Of a stretch of 64,000 nt of DNA, positions 61,125 to 64,000 are shown piece after piece (the first letter of the stretch is position 1; every line of letters starts with the position of its first letter). The position numbers and the translations under genes are program-made. Origin of the DNA: Clostridiaceae bacterium (GTDB lineage Bacteria > Bacillota > Clostridia > Acetivibrionales > DUMC01); assembly GCA_012840075.1 (NCBI GenBank), contig DUMC01000178.1, positions 9,645-73,644 on the forward strand. Direction: 5' to 3'. Under the pieces are notes generated by a model that was given only the letters and a program-made list of their open reading frames with translations, was not told the origin of the DNA and ran no database searches.

Positions 61125-62504
61125 GTGATACCAAGAGACATCCTCGAAGAAGTCCTGGAAAAAGCTTTATCTTTAGGAGCGGATTTTGCGGAAATATTCG
61201 TAGAAGACAGGGTAAATAGCAGCCTTAGAATGATAAACGGAAAAATGGAAGATGTATTATCAGGCAGGGATTACGGCGCAGGCATAAGAATAATGAAGGG
61301 TTTCAGGAGTGTATATGCTTATACTAATGATACTTCAAGAAGTAACCTTCTTGATACTGCATATAAAGCTGCCTGTGCATTAAAATACTCTGAGCAAAGT
61401 TTAAAAGTAAATCTGGTTGAAAAAATTGCTGCAAATATAAGTCCGGTAAAATATTTTCCTTCTACAATAGAAAACGTAAAAAAAGCGGAAATTGTTAAAA
61501 CTGCCTATAAAGTAGCTAAAGAGTTCAGCCCTGAAATTATACAGGTTACCGTAGGATATGCTGATGTTGATCAAAATGTTTTAATAGCAAATAGTGAAGG
61601 GCTTTTAATTCAAGACAGAAGAGTCAGAACCCGCTTATTTATACAATCAGTTGCAGGAGACGGAAAGGAAAATCAGACCGGCTTCGAAGGTCCTGGAGCC
61701 AGCAGAGGATTTGAATTCTTTGATATGATTGATGTTGAATCATATGCAAAAGAAGCAAGCCGAACAGCAGTAACTATGCTTCATGCCGACCTATGTCCTG
61801 CTGGGAGAATGCCGGTAGTTATAGATAACGGTTTTGGAGGAGTAATATTCCACGAAGCATGCGGGCATGCACTTGAAGCCACTTCCGTAGCAAAAGGCCA
61901 TTCTGTTTTTGCAAACAAACTTGGAGAAAAAATCGCTTCCGAAAAGGTTACCGCAATTGATGACGGTACCATACCAAATGCTTGGGGTTCGACTAGCATA
62001 GATGATGAAGGAACACCTACAAGAAGAACAGTACTAATAGAAAACGGAATTCTTAAAGGTTACATGGTAGATAAGCTTAACGGAAGAAGAATGGGCATGG
62101 AGCCGACCGGGAATTCCAGACGCCAATCATACAGGTATGCTCCTACTTCACGTATGACAAATACTTTTATTGCACCGGGGGATGATAACGAAGAAGATAT
62201 CATATCTTCAACCGCTGAAGGTTTATATGCAAAAAAGATGGGCGGAGGTTCAGTCAACCCTGTAACCGGAGAGTTTAATTTTGCAGTAGCGGAAGGTTAC
62301 CTGATAAAAAACGGTAAAATTGACAAACCTGTGAGAGGTGCTACCTTGATCGGAAAAGGTTCGGAGGTACTCTTAAGGATTGACATGGTAGGAAAGAACC
62401 TAAGTTTAGGACAGGGTATGTGCGGTTCTATAAGCGGAAGCATTCCTGCAAATGTAGGACAACCTATGATACGAGTTTCGGAATTAGTAGTAGGAGGGAG
62501 GTAA
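61125..62504 (+). CDS. tldD: Metalloprotease TldD
   Basis: HEACGHALE zinc motif and a TldD/PmbA fold C-terminus. AAAGGAG SD 7 nt before the GTG at 61125. The longer ORF from 61089 runs into the repeat array. Confidence 0.9.
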   Translation: MIPRDILEEVLEKALSLGADFAEIFVEDRVNSSLRMINGKMEDVLSGRDYGAGIRIMKGFRSVYAYTNDTSRSNLLDTAYKAACALKYSEQSLKVNLVEKIAANISPVKYFPSTIENVKKAEIVKTAYKVAKEFSPEIIQVTVGYADVDQNVLIANSEGLLIQDRRVRTRLFIQSVAGDGKENQTGFEGPGASRGFEFFDMIDVESYAKEASRTAVTMLHADLCPAGRMPVVIDNGFGGVIFHEACGHALEATSVAKGHSVFANKLGEKIASEKVTAIDDGTIPNAWGSTSIDDEGTPTRRTVLIENGILKGYMVDKLNGRRMGMEPTGNSRRQSYRYAPTSRMTNTFIAPGDDNEEDIISSTAEGLYAKKMGGGSVNPVTGEFNFAVAEGYLIKNGKIDKPVRGATLIGKGSEVLLRIDMVGKNLSLGQGMCGSISGSIPANVGQPMIRVSELVVGGR

Positions 62505-62508
62505 TCAC

Positions 62509-63882
62509 ATGGGAATTATGCAATTCGATGAATTCAAAGAAAAATTATTTGCTGCTGCTAAAAAAGCAGGATTTGAAGAGTTTGAAGCATATTATTCTAC
62601 AGGAGAAAGTTTTAAAGTAAACATATATGAAAGGGAAATTGATGACTACAGCGTAAACAGCACCAATGGTCTGGGTTTTAGAGGACTATATAATGGAAGC
62701 ATTGGATATGCTTATACCGAAATTTTAGATGATAAGGCTATAGATTTGATAATAAATAATGCCAAGGAAAATGCCAAAATAATTGATAGCTCAAATGATG
62801 AAGATATCGAAAGAATATTTGAAGGATCGGAAAAATATCCTGAAATAAATAATTATAACCAGGAATTAGAAAATGTCAGTGAAAATGATAAAATAGAATT
62901 TGCCTTTGAAATGGAAAAGAAAGCTCTCGAAAAGGATAAGAGAGTTAAGAGTGTCAAATACTGTGCTGTTGCATCTTTTTCAGGCAGCGTAACTATTGTT
63001 AATTCAAAAGGTTTGGAATTGCATAGCAGAGAAAACGGAATATATTCAATACTCATTCCCGTAGTAAACGAAAACGGAAAAAGTGATACAGCAGTTGCAT
63101 TTAGGATCGGTCGCGACTTTAGACAAATGCACGTTGAAGATATAGTAAATGAAGCTGTTGAAAATGCTTTAGCTTACATCGGAGCCAGCTCAGTCAAAAC
63201 CGGCAAATATAAGATTTTATTGAGAAACGATGCCGCAGCGGATTTGTTAGCAGCTTTTTCCCCAATATTCAGTGCAGACAGGGTACAAAAAGGAATGTCT
63301 TTGTTAAAGAATAAGGTAGGTAAGAAGATAGGATCAGAAGCGTTAACAATAATTGATGATCCTCTAATGAAAGATGGTATGGCATCTACACCTTTTGACG
63401 GAGAAGGTGTAGCTTGCTATACAAAAGAAGTTGTAAAAGAAGGCAACTTGGTTACACTCCTTCATAATTTAAAAACTGCTAGAAAAGACGGAGTAAAAAG
63501 CACGGGAAATGCCTCAAGACCATCTTATTCTTCTACGATAGACGTATCTCCCTCAAACTTTTATATAAAACCGGATAATTTGGAGTTTAACCGGTTAATT
63601 GAGGAAATCGGTGATGGTTTGCTAATAACGGAACTTCAAGGACTTCATTCGGGCGCAAATTCCATATCAGGTGACTTTTCACTGGCAGCTAAAGGCTTTG
63701 AGATATCTAACGGAAAAATTAAAAGGCCGGTAGAACAAATAACTGTATCAGGTAATTTTTATAATGTTATGGAGAATGTGATTAGCGTAGGTAATGATTT
63801 AAAATTTGGACTTCCTTCCGGGTACGGATGCTTCGGAAGCCCTTCACTATATATTCGAGAACTTGCTGTTGCAGGACAATAG
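62509..63882 (+). CDS. pmbA: TldD/PmbA family protein (PmbA/TldE partner subunit)
   Basis: 457 aa. Paralogous to the upstream gene but lacking HExxxH. C-terminal GLLITELQGLHSGANSISGDFS is typical of PmbA. Confidence 0.88.
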   Translation: MGIMQFDEFKEKLFAAAKKAGFEEFEAYYSTGESFKVNIYEREIDDYSVNSTNGLGFRGLYNGSIGYAYTEILDDKAIDLIINNAKENAKIIDSSNDEDIERIFEGSEKYPEINNYNQELENVSENDKIEFAFEMEKKALEKDKRVKSVKYCAVASFSGSVTIVNSKGLELHSRENGIYSILIPVVNENGKSDTAVAFRIGRDFRQMHVEDIVNEAVENALAYIGASSVKTGKYKILLRNDAAADLLAAFSPIFSADRVQKGMSLLKNKVGKKIGSEALTIIDDPLMKDGMASTPFDGEGVACYTKEVVKEGNLVTLLHNLKTARKDGVKSTGNASRPSYSSTIDVSPSNFYIKPDNLEFNRLIEEIGDGLLITELQGLHSGANSISGDFSLAAKGFEISNGKIKRPVEQITVSGNFYNVMENVISVGNDLKFGLPSGYGCFGSPSLYIRELAVAGQ

Positions 63883-64000
63883 ATGCATAACAATAGACAG
63901 ATAGGTAATAATGAATGAAATAGATAACAATACACGGGGGCACACTTTTATTTTACACCTTTATTTTGAAAGATAATTATTTCATAAAGAATGCTTTTTT

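Noticed and set aside
60941-61219. ORFs of 65-66 aa on both strands across the parC-tldD spacer.
   Set aside because: Their sequences (GTHLSEL, GTLLSRV, GHTSLNY) simply mirror the DNA repeat units. The plus-strand frame is displaced by the better-supported tldD GTG at 61125.

Overview
This is a low-GC (about 30 percent by eye), densely coding chromosomal segment that looks like a Clostridia-type Firmicute. I support about 50 protein genes. I found no rRNA, tRNA, CRISPR array, transposase, integrase or recognisable defence system.

Most of the content is housekeeping:
- ldh, preceded by two Rex-type operators
- gdhA
- eno-secG-rnr
- gcvT-gcvH-gcvPA-gcvPB
- mtaB
- an ireB-like / aldo-keto reductase / ruvX / DUF1292 / DUF3048 cluster
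- an aminotransferase and asd
- a Na/Pi cotransporter
- a TPP riboswitch with its terminator, controlling a ykoF-like gene and an NMT1/THI5-type ABC importer
- a thrE pair
- motAB
- a ParE/ParC-like type IIA topoisomerase pair, followed directly by tldD-pmbA

The parts that look less ordinary are:
1. A two-gene operon pairing a Pfs/MqnB-like nucleosidase with an SPL/COG1533-type radical SAM enzyme.
2. A HlyD-adaptor / 952-aa double-FtsX permease / two-different-ATPase exporter. The second ATPase ends in an AbrB/SpoVT-like domain.
3. Four unrelated hydrolase-type genes inserted between ldh and gdhA.
4. Two GC-rich structured repeat clusters, at 8712-8829 and 60926-61100.
5. A decayed YyaL/DUF255 pseudogene.

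I cannot claim a clearly novel system from sequence alone. All family assignments come from motif recognition by eye and need HMM or BLAST confirmation.
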